Assembly (NCBI RefSeq): GCF_009834535.1
Contig: NC_045697.1
Location: 24,244,001 to 24,308,000 of the forward strand
Length of the DNA: 64,000 bases
Source of the DNA: Camelus ferus
Lineage: Eukaryota
Direction: 5' to 3'
Shown here one piece after another: positions 53,671-64,000 of this stretch. A program made the translations under genes and the position numbers. The notes beneath the pieces are model-generated. The model was not told where the DNA came from. It did no database searches and saw only the letters and a list, made by a program, of their open reading frames with translations. Within the stretch, counting starts at the first letter, position 1. The number at the start of each line of letters is the position of its first letter.

Positions 53671-54410
53671 TGTTGGTAGCAAAAGAGGTGAGAAATCTTG
53701 AGGCAGAGAGTTTCTTGTATTTGAGGATGGTCAGTGAGTTTACAGCTCTTTAGAGAAATTTAGGCCCTTGTGAAGTACAGCTCATTTAACCTTGGGTTCC
53801 AACAAGCCTTCCTTGGTCTGTATCAGGGGAATGACTGTCCTTTTATCAGTTGACTGAATGGTACTGGGCTGTGATAACTGTTCTGAAGCGGACATGAGAG
53901 GAGGATCCATTAGGCCATGGCTTTTCCAGAGTGTGTTCCTTCTCGTGTGTCCTGCTCTGGTGGCGTGTGGCATTCAAGAGCACACAGTAGCCAGCAGCTT
54001 CCCTGGCGCCCTCTTGGGTGATTCTGTGGCTGGTTGCCTCCAGCGAGATACCTCCCACGAATAGGTTTCCCTGGCTCATCCATAGAGGATGCATTTCCAG
54101 CAAATGTGGCCAACCAGTACCACAGTGGCTTCTGTGCCATTTGGTGAGTCAAAGCTGTGCCCTCTCCAACACCACCAGGGATCTTTGCCCCAAGTGAGTG
54201 CCTTTCCTTGGGTTTTCTATTCCAGTCCCGGGGGTCATGGCTGTTCCTTACAGCCAGTCTTCGTACATGCTTTAAAGTGCCTTGAATTACCTCTTAGTAA
54301 TCAATCTCTTATTACCCCAATCCTGGTTGTACTTAAATATTGTTCATATTAATCTTTTATTGTTCAAATTACAGTGTGATTTCCATCTCCTGATTTGAGT
54401 AACTAATACA
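53671..54410 (+). mobile_element. ERVL solo LTR, LTR41-like
   Basis: GC-richer block ending tgttcaaattacagtgtgatttccatctcctgatttgagtaactaataca, a typical ERVL LTR 3' end; 5' boundary approximate. Confidence 0.6.
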
Positions 54411-54849
54411 AGAAACCTTAAAGAATTGTTAAGAAAAACTGTGACTCTGAAATAGGCAAAAAATATTATTTAGTATCTAGTGCACCCTTCTGGGTTATCT
54501 GTGCCTTTCATTTTCTTTGAACTTTTTTACATTTTGTCAAGATATAGAAAAATGATAGTAGTGGAAATGATTTTTTTCATACAAATGCAAATTAATTTTT
54601 TCCATTGCGGGTACTATTGATTGTTCCCCAAAAAACAGCTTTATATATATGTTAACACCTTTATTTCAACGTCCCTGATTGTGTGTGTGTTCTTTGTATT
54701 CACTTTTGAATCTACTGTAATATTTTCTGATTCCCTCTTAATTAATGAGTTAAATATAATCTTTGATACCTGTTTAAAAGTATGTTGGCAGAAATAGCAC
54801 CTACTTCATGAAATGTCTATGAAAATTAGATGAGGAATTGGGTGTGATG

Positions 54850-55288
54850 AACACACATGCACAGCCTCTCTCATCAACATCCTCTGCCACAAAGTGGTAC
54901 GTTTATTATATTTGATGGTCCTTTGTTGACATAACATTATTACCCCAATCCATAAGTATGTGAAGGTTCATTCTTGGTGTTGTAGACTCTTTGAGACTGA
55001 ACGAATTTATAACTACATGTATCCACTGTTATAACATCATATACAATAGTTTCACTGCCCTAAGTATTTTCTGGGCTTCTTTTCATCCCTCCCTACCACT
55101 TAAGGCCCAGCTACCACTAATTGTATTATTTTCTCTACAGTTTACCTTTTCCAGAATGTCATATAGTTGGAATCATACAATATGTAGCCTTCTCAGATTG
55201 GCCCTTTTCACTTGGTAAAGTGCATTCAAATTTCCTCCTTGACTTTTTATACTTGAAAGCTAATTTCTTTTTTATGTTGAACAATATT
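54850..55288 (-). mobile_element. L1MC1-like 3' region
   Basis: aatagtttcactgccctaa…cttttccagaatgtcatatagttggaatcatacaatatgtagccttctcagattggc; homologous to 34308-34674. Confidence 0.8.
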
Positions 55289-55660
55289 GTGGAAATTGGC
55301 AAATTGATTCTAAAATTTAAATGACTAGATAAACAACCTGAAATAGCCATCTTTTAAAGATAACTTTGAAGTTCTTAACACTGCCTCATTTCAAGAATTA
55401 GTCAATCTTCAGTGAATAATCAGTACGACATTAGCTTAAAGATAAGCGAATACAGCAATGGAACAGAAACAGGTCCACATATGTACAGACCACTGATTTT
55501 CAAAAAAGATGTAAAGACAGTTTGGTGAGGAATGGATAGATTAGATGAGTGGTGCTAGAACTAAATTAGAACTAAATGCAAAACTGAAACAAAACAAAAC
55601 AATAAGAAACTTTGATGCACACCTTGAATTATACTCAAATAGTAACTTCCAAATGGATCC
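55289..55660 (+). mobile_element. Old L1M ORF2 fragment, inverted relative to the adjacent 3' end
   Basis: gaaattggcaaattgattctaaaattta…caatggaacagaa…ctgattttcaaaaaagatgtaaag…caaatggatc. Confidence 0.7.
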
Positions 55661-58161
55661 TTATCTGTTTTTCAGCATATTCACTAACAATCTTTCTTTT
55701 TTTTTAAATTTTAATTTCTATTAGGTTTCTAGGGGAAGCAATGAAAACACTTCAGTTTAAGAGATTTTCCAATGTTCCTTATTAATTTTAGATCTGTTTG
55801 TACCCAGACCTTATGGCTGAGATGGATAAATTTAGTAAATGCATAGCAGGGAATGAGAATCTATACCAGATATTATGTAAGAACCTATTCTGGTATGAGC
55901 ATCCCAGGCAATCAGATTCACTGTAATCATTTTAAAAATAATTTTTCATTTTTACTTATTGTAAATTAGTTTATCACTTTACTAAATTATTGTTAGTTCA
56001 TCATAGTTAGAAAAAATTTCGCTGGAAAGAATTAATTCCAGATTTTTATGTAGAATGGCTCTTTTTGACAGGAGAAGCAGCACTCTTGGATGAAGCCTTG
56101 GTCTTTCTAACCCCTCAAGGACAGTTCCTGCCCACTGAAATAATTGATAATCCTTTCCTTCTGTGAGAGCAAGGAAAGTGCCATTTCCATTGAAATTCCT
56201 TCTTCGTTCACCATGAATTTGATTGCTTTGGGTCAATTTCCCCTTGAAAATAGCATTGTCTCCTAAAGGGAACCAGCAATAGGAGTTCATTAGCCATTAC
56301 CCCACACAGAGAAGACTGTGTGCACTGTCTTCTGAATTGCTTAGCAAAGTCATTTACAGAGAGACATTTTCTTTCACTTTTTTCCTAAACAGTGTTATCC
56401 ATTTTATTTTAATAATTTTCCTCAATGCTGTAAATCTCATGTTTATTCATGGCTGGATACAGTCCCTGGACCTATTGTTTTAGGACACACTAATTCTATC
56501 TTGTTCTTGATCATCTTTGTATCTAAACCTGGAACCTAGCATGGTATCTGAAATCAACTTGGTACATAATAAATATTAAATAATTTTTTTAAATGCTCAA
56601 TTTTGGATGGAGTTCAATAAAAAAGCTACTTTTTTATACTCGTTGTAGACAGGCACTTTGGCCAATGTATCAGTAATTCAAAATATTTACATCTTTTTTT
56701 TACCAATTTATCTTTTGGAACCATGCCCAAAGGAAATAATCAGAACAGTGCAAAGATGTACACATAAGTAAACTCAATATAGCAATGTTTACAATAGAAT
56801 AAACAAGCAAAGAAACAAAAGCCAATATATCTAAGTGGCATAATATAAAGGAGAATGAGTGAGTAAATCATGGAAAATCTATAAAATGGAAGAATATGAT
56901 TCTATTGAAAAGAGGTATATTTTTTAAATTTCAAAATGTTCTCTTACCTATTTTTTTTCACACTTTGGGCATGCATTTTTTATACTTTTACATATTTATA
57001 TATTAATATCTCCATATATAATATAATATAGATGTCTGTGTATGTATACATATGTAATATATGTACATATGTAATATATGTACATATATACATTAAAGTT
57101 TGCATTCTTCTTTGCTTTGTTTTTTTGTTTTGTTTCTAACTTTATCTTTGGATGAGATTAATTCCATCTGAGCTATCACTCGCCTCAAAAAGCATCTCTT
57201 CTCGGTTTACCCAGATACTATCTTGATCTTCTCTTTGGCACCTGAGTGGGAGGACTGGGTATACTTTATTTTTATGAGTCAGTAGTTCTCTCTCTGAGGA
57301 ACGTGAAGAAAGGAGATGGGGACTTGTTTCCAGGGTCAACAGCTGGGAAACTTTGATTTAGTACATTGTCTCCCTGATTTTGTTGAAACTATGTTACCAA
57401 AGTCCAACGATATCAAAAGGATTTTCCTAGCCTTTGATTTCTGTTCATACTCCAGATTTGGGTGTTCCCATCTAATTCGTGGAGAAAACTGTTTACAATA
57501 AGGCTCTCCAACTGGAGGACTTTTGTCCATGGTTGCTCAGCACTTATTTTTCTCTGAAATGTGTCAGTTATTTTGGCCTGAACTCTGGCCTCTAGGTGGA
57601 TGAATTTTAGTGGAGTCCTTAAAAATGTATTCTTCAGACATAAACCACCACTGAAGAGTTCTCTGTAGAAAAGGAAGGTTGTGCCAACTCCCTATCATGT
57701 GTTCCAATTTGTTTCTCTTTGGTCCATAGTGTACTGTATTTAGCTGATAGTTCACAGAAATTTGTTCTGTAAGTTAGGGAGTCTACTCTAGTTCCAGGAG
57801 AAATTAATATTCTACTATATTTTTTAAATTCTTTGTAAGAGAGACTCTATTTGGTCTATCCCAGGTTAAATGCTCTCAAGTCCAAGCAACTATGATTCTC
57901 ATACAGTGAAGTCATCAACAAACATGTTTGGAGGGGTTCTATTTCTAGGTGAGGAGAAGTTCTTAGGGAAGAAGTAAACAAATAAGAAAAATGCAATTGT
58001 TGGGAAATGGATATACATTTTAGACTTTTTTTTTTTTTACTAAAATCAAGCAATTTTGTTAGTTTAGACACTTTACCTAATTCATTATCAATCAACCCCA
58101 AATTCAAAAAGATTTATCTTAGTGAAATTAAGTGCAGTCCCTTCATTGCATATATATAATC

Positions 58162-58731
58162 TGCCAAAGCAAATATCGCACCAAAGTTAGGCAAGAAAGA
58201 CTTTATTCAAGGCTATTGCAATAGGAGAGAAAGGACAGAGTTCAGTTCAGACTGAATTCTGTGGAAACAAAGAGTGGGAGGTTTTCGTTTTTGTTTTTTT
58301 CATTGCTAGAGGAAAAGTACTGGAACATTAAAATGGAGGTCTATCAGTGGGAAGTGTGAAGCATATTGTTACTGCTGAGTTTGCAAGTGTTTTTTCTCTA
58401 TGATTAGACCATCTGTGTTTGCTAATTGGCACCCATCAAAGTCAGGCTCCTACCCTCCCACTGAGACTGGGAAATAGGGGTCCTATCTTTCTGGATAAGT
58501 ACATTTCAAAGGGATGGCTCTCAAGTCCTTGAGAAAGAAATTCCTGGGTTGTAGAACTGGCAAGACTCTTTAAAAGACTCACATATACCACAAAGAGTCA
58601 GAGAAAAAGTTTATGATGATATGCTCTCTAAAGTAAATGCTCTAAGTAAAGGGAGACCAGGACCTAGAGTCAGTAAGAAGCCTGCTGACTGTTTAGTTAA
58701 ATTGGGAGAAACATTAAGGCCATCTTGGTCA
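58162..58731 (-). mobile_element. ERV1 solo LTR, MER67-like, with perfect 4-bp TSD AATC
   Basis: Reverse-complement homologue of 42943-43555 (ctaaagtaaatgctctaag, acatttcaaagggatg, gactttattcaagg); AATC at 58158-58161 and 58732-58735. Confidence 0.85.
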
Positions 58732-59082
58732 AATCCTAGGTAAATAAAAATACTTTCAACTTCTCTTGATTCATTTTTACTTAGTCTGTGCTAATTCTTA
58801 TTGAATACCATCTTTTGAAAGTAATGTCAAAACATCTTTTGTTTTCAAAATGTGTTAAAAAATGTTAAGTTCATGAGTTAGCACTGAAAAGCAAATCTAT
58901 AACTCTTAAGTTTCAGTGCTATTTTTTTCTCTATAGAATTATATGAATTCCTCAGTTATGGGAGAGACAGCACTGGTGATAATGACATGGGTGCAAATTA
59001 GACTTGTGTTCAATCACTACTGAAGTACTTACTAACTTTGCTGGTTGGGGAAATTTCTCTAAGTGTCAGAAACATTTGAGAT

Positions 59083-59318
<236 letters not shown>

Positions 59319-60007
59319 TTTTTTTTTTTAAATTAAATATGCACTACAGTGCATATTTACTTTGCAGAACTTTTAGGAAGTACAGTGAGATAATTTATGT
59401 AAAGAGTCTAAATGAATAGACTGTGTTCATAGCATGAGCTCAGTAAATCTGTGTATTATCATTAATGTATTTAATATTATATTAATATAATTAGTATAAT
59501 ATATTTGTAATGTTAAGTTATATAAGTCAAAAATTATGCTTTTCCTCTTTAAATATATTTGTGGCAAAAAGTGTGTCCTTGGGTCATAAATGATTAAGAC
59601 TTAAAAAAAACTGAAGGAAATTTAACAGAGGATAGGATGCCTATAGCCTCCACCTTGGGTCTGATGAGTTGGCCCATCTTGACGGAACTGCTCATTTCAT
59701 TGCATTTACCTAATTTCTTTGGCCTTGTCTGCCAGCTCTGTAAGAAATAGTTAACTTTTTAGAACATCAAGTTCAAATGTGGACAGGAATATTCTTGCCA
59801 AGAAAGGTACAATCTTGGTATAAGTCAAAGGAGTACAGCTGAAAAAAAATAAGCTAAATGATATGAATCTTATAGGCTGTATTTTTTACTTTTTCTATTG
59901 ATATCTGTATTCTTGATGCAGAAATATGTGGGTAAGAATTATATAAGAACCCTTTTTTTTGGCCAGGGTACAAAGTGGATCCATACAAAAATCTCGCATT
60001 TAGGGGC

Positions 60008-60346
60008 TGCTATGGGTTGAATTGTGTCCCCTAAGTTGAAGCCCTAACCCCCAGGATAATGGTATTTGAGATGCAGTCTTTGGAAGATAATTAGGTTTTG
60101 ATGAGGTCTTGAGGGTAGAACCCTCAAAATGGGATTAGTACTTTGCAAGGAGAGGAAGAGACACTAGAACCCCCTCTCTGTCATGTGAGGACTCACGCAG
60201 AAGGTGGCAAAGAAGCCAGAAAGAGAGCTCTCACCAGGAGGCTGGCATCCTGATCTTGGACTTCCAGCCTCCAGAACATGGAGAAAATAAATTTTTGTTT
60301 TAAAATCTGTGGTATTTTGTTGTTGCAGCCCACACTGACTAAGACA
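60008..60346 (+). mobile_element. MaLR solo LTR, MLT1A-like
   Basis: tgctatgggttgaattgtgtcccc…gccctaacccc…tgggattagt…tgatcttggacttccagcctccagaac…aaaataaattt…tgactaagaca. Confidence 0.85.
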
Positions 60347-60477
60347 GAGCTCATCCCAGACACCAAAAATGGAAAAATGCAAAGAACTTCTTTCCAAAGA
60401 AACTTCTGAAAAATTAATGTCTTTAGGGAAAATAAACCCTAAATGATTCTCAAAATGAGTGTGCTGCAATTTGCCAG

Positions 60478-60982
60478 TGATGGATTTCAGGACACATTAC
60501 CCCCAAATTTGACATTTCACATTGAATATTTTAAGCTGAAGGAGTTTGAGAAAATGGCAGAAGCAGGAATATCACTCTTACATCCTCCCCAACTGCCCCC
60601 TGGCTTTTCTTCTCTGAAATAGGTCACAAAACCCTCATGTGAGAGGAACCCTCCCTGTACTTATCTTCATCCTTACATCCAAAAGCTAAGGGATGCTGAA
60701 AAGAATCTGAACAAACTTTGCTGAGTTTCCCCCAGTTTAAGCATACTCTTAAGCATACTCTTTGACATATTTCTACATGGCTATCCACTCTTCACCCAGT
60801 TTAGCATATATAAAAAATATTCCAGCTTGTTATTTTTTTCCAGGTCTTCATTTCCTTGTGAAGGCTGCCTTGTCACACAGAACTTTGTATGCTTTATCCT
60901 GTTAATCTGTCTTTGTCAATTTAATTTTTAGACCTAGTCAAGGACCCTAAGAGGGCTGAAAACAGCTTTTTCCTTCCTTACA
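60478..60982 (+). mobile_element. ERV1 solo LTR, MER34-like
   Basis: TG…CA ends; caggacacattacccccaaa…ttttaagctgaaggagtttgagaaaatggcagaagcagga…gttaatctgtctttgtcaatttaattt…; flanks CCAG/TCAG (3/4 TSD). Confidence 0.75.
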
Positions 60983-61572
60983 TCAGTTATTTAAGAGGAA
61001 GTGCATCTCTGCAAAGTGGGTTTTACTCTGAGACAAAATAGACCACTCACTGTTTTTTGAAATCCAAGCATTTGAAATGCTTTTTCTTGTCACTTATTCT
61101 GCTTGAAACTCCTCTTAACACCAAATCTATCTTTAAACATATTGGTTAATTCTTCAAAGTTTCTTTAACAAATGCTGCATTTCTTTAGCTTTAGGGGTTC
61201 CTTGGCCTATTATAATGCAAATGAGTTTTGAAAAGTTAACATTACAATTCAATAGTTCATTAATGTGCAGAAATTATTTATTTCTTAAGTAAACTTTTTC
61301 TAAGCCCTTATTCTCTCCCAGGCAATGCCCTAGGAGTTGGGGACACAGGCCTGAACAAAGCAGACCCAAATGCCAACCTTTTGGGGTTGGTAATGTTTAA
61401 GTAGCTAACAGTCCTAAAGAAGTTTCAACTGGATAGTTAATAGACCATAAGAACCAGAAAATGAGAGAAGCAGTCACCTAGAATGTATGGATCACTAAAT
61501 GCTCAAAACTAACTTGACTTACTTGAAAACTTAGAGAACTGGTGGTGCTTAGTGCAAGTGTTCCAGTATCTT

Positions 61573-61856
61573 TGTTACTAAAGATAATAGGTTCCTGTCT
61601 CACACAGGAAAGGAGTCAAGAGTTAGCCATAGCAAAGTGACAGTAAATTTATTCAGGGAGATACACACTCCACAGACAGAGTGTGGGCTTTTACAGTCAG
61701 CCTGGGAACCTTCATGGCACCTGTGAGTGTGTAATTAGGCTCAAGGTCTACTGGAAGTTGAACTTTCTGCCATCTTAGTTCTAACCAGTTTACCAGTCCT
61801 CAGCTGCTGTGTTATTCCTTCAGTGGCTGTGGCCCGCCCCCTTCTCTTCTGTCTCA
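61573..61856 (-). mobile_element. Short (internally deleted) ERV1 solo LTR, cetartiodactyl MER41-like, with perfect 4-bp TSD TCTT
   Basis: On the minus strand starts TGAGACAGAAGAGAAGGGG and ends …TAACA; AATAAA on minus (tttatt ~61648); TCTT at 61569-61572 and 61857-61860; subfamily name tentative. Confidence 0.75.
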
Positions 61857-64000
61857 TCTTCTCCTCTAAGGCTTTGCTTTCTCTCTTTGAAAATTGAAGG
61901 GTTCATAAACTCCTGCATATATAATTTATAGAATATGTAAATGTATATAAAAGAATGGGTCTCAGCACAATGCCAAAGACTATATTACAGAGACACATTC
62001 TGAAAGGGAGGCACACTTTCCTTTAACATTTGAACATCTCCTCCGATTTATCCTTCATGATTTTACATCAGAAGGCCACTTTATAGTTCCTATCTATTTG
62101 ATGATCTGCTCACCAGAAGAAAGAAGGCAATTAAGGACAGCAGGACCCCATTCCCTCACCTTCCACTTGTGTCTATTTATGGAAAAGTTGTGCTTTTTAG
62201 TTTAGATTTTCAGAGGCTCCTGAAAATCTTTTTAGTTATGTAGGTAAGCATCTTTCAGAAGAACATACCTTCCCCTGAGATGCTTGCAAATATCACATCT
62301 GTTGTGGAACACACAGAAGACAGAACTGTGTGCTCTAATTAGGAGGAAAATTGAAATGTATCAGTGGATCACTAAGGGTGACTGATGCAAATAGTTGAAG
62401 GAAAATAATTCTTTCTGATTTGAAGCTATGGTTTCTGTACAACTGGTATCCCCATAATAGATAAATCATGACTTTACTCTTCCATGACTGTAAATTAACA
62501 ATGAGTAAATGGCAAGACATTAGAATTGTACTTTTCCATAAGCGTAAGTATAAATGTTAATCTGAATCTCTTGAGTTTGCAAAATTTGGCTGGAAATACT
62601 GTTAAAACATACTTTCTCAAGAGAATGTTCTTTGCTTCCAGCATCCAAAAAAACTGCAAATACAACAGCAACAGCTTTTCATTGCAGCATTTTGGAGCCA
62701 TCCCCACCCAGCAGGAAGTGGGATATATGCAAAGGTCTGCAAAACTGGAAAAAAAAAATGCTGCTGTTTTAAAATAAAGTTCAACAAACTTTGGTTTAAC
62801 TTCTTGCAAAGGTCGCATCAGGATTAGTTTAAATTTCAGGTCAAGAGGCAGCTTGCTTCCTATTTGATCTGCAGCAATTGAAGCATACCTAATAGAAGCA
62901 CTATTTTAAACACAAAGGTTAAACACTGTTGCATTTTGACAAAGGTTAAATGCCTATTTACCGAAGTTAATGACTTAATAGCATTTTGAATACCATTCTT
63001 TATATAAAGGTTAATCTCATATTTTTGACTTCATGTTTCCTTTCTTAAAAGGAAATACTCATTAGGGCCCAAACAATTATGTAATTGTTAATTTGTTTTG
63101 ATCATATTTATAGTACTTCAACCAGAGTATTATCTGTTTTCATTGCAAGAGGGGTTTTTTTAAACATTCAAGAAGAAAAAATACTTAAAGAGAGAAATAA
63201 GGTTATCAAAGAATTACTGCTTTCAAAGAGCCAAAAGGAAAGGGATAAAGATTTTAGAAAACTATCGAGGGCAGAAATATAATCTATGGTGGAATCATAT
63301 ACTTGTTAAGGATGTACATGAGGCCAGTCAATTTCTATTTGTTGTAAAAACAACTTACTGGGCTCAACAGAAAAGCCACAATCAGATGATCATACTTATC
63401 AGAAGATGTAAAAAAAAATTATTACACAAGAGAAAGGCTCATAGTCAATTTGGCATTGACTTTTGATGACAACTTAGTTAATGATTGCAATAATTTATTA
63501 GATATAATGCATTAATTAGGAAAAATATGCTGAAGTATATCACTCATCCTTTTTTTCAGTATCTCTAAGTGACTAAACATACCTCACCTTACTTACTACT
63601 CAGAAATTCAACTAAGAATCCAGATGTTACAAATGGCTGCTGAGTTTTGAAGATGTATACATTTGGGGAAAATACTCATATTTTCTGTTGCTTGAAATTT
63701 ATTGCTTTACAAATAAAATAGCAAACTGTGATGAAACACTTCAATTCAATCACAAGTACCATTAAGAGAAGTACAGTTGTGGTCAAGTTCATGCGTGTTA
63801 CATGCAGTTTACTTCAGGGTTATGGTATAATTACAGAAAATGAAGGAGAGTAATATCAGAAGAACAATGGGAGAATCCCCCTCCGTTTTAATAAGAAATC
63901 TCAGTCAGACAAAGGAATGCCATCTGGTATGTCTGGAGGTGAAGTTCAGGGAGGAGTGAAAGCCAAATTTCACTTCTGGATGAGGGAAACAAATGGAATC

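Noticed and set aside
53782..54352. Cluster of overlapping ORFs in a GC-richer island
   Set aside because: Explained by the ERVL LTR41-like element; higher GC lowers stop-codon frequency.
57142..57530. Minus-strand ORF pair with a good Kozak context (gcaaccATGG) and downstream A-rich tract, resembling a processed pseudogene
   Set aside because: I recognise no protein in any frame and see no TSD or clean poly(A); a BLASTX search would be needed to revive it.
42943..58731. Two MER67-like LTRs as ends of one 15.8-kb provirus or inversion
   Set aside because: They are in opposite orientation, each has its own distinct 4-bp TSD (CTTA; AATC), and no ERV1 internal sequence is evident between them.

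Overview
AT-rich, CpG-depleted, gene-poor mammalian genomic DNA (intergenic or deep intronic). Two tRNA-derived SINEs matching the camelid Vic-1 family and cetartiodactyl-type L1 3' ends point to a camelid (camel/alpaca/llama). I found no convincing host protein-coding exon, RNA gene, CpG island or prokaryotic system. The recognisable ORFs are relics of L1 ORF1/ORF2 and of an ERVL-type gag. The window is mostly interspersed repeats: young and old L1s, MaLR/ERVL/ERV1 solo LTRs (several with intact 4-bp TSDs), DNA transposons (Tigger1 derivative, MER44-like, MER63-like), MIR/L2 relics and microsatellites. Repeat family names come from my recollection of consensus sequences, not from a search. 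I did not find a novel biological system. The best second-look items are mutational footprints (an L1 with a twin-priming 5' inversion, a ~70-bp local templated insertion inside a MER63, a tail-less L1 ORF2 fragment) and two low-confidence candidate functional elements.
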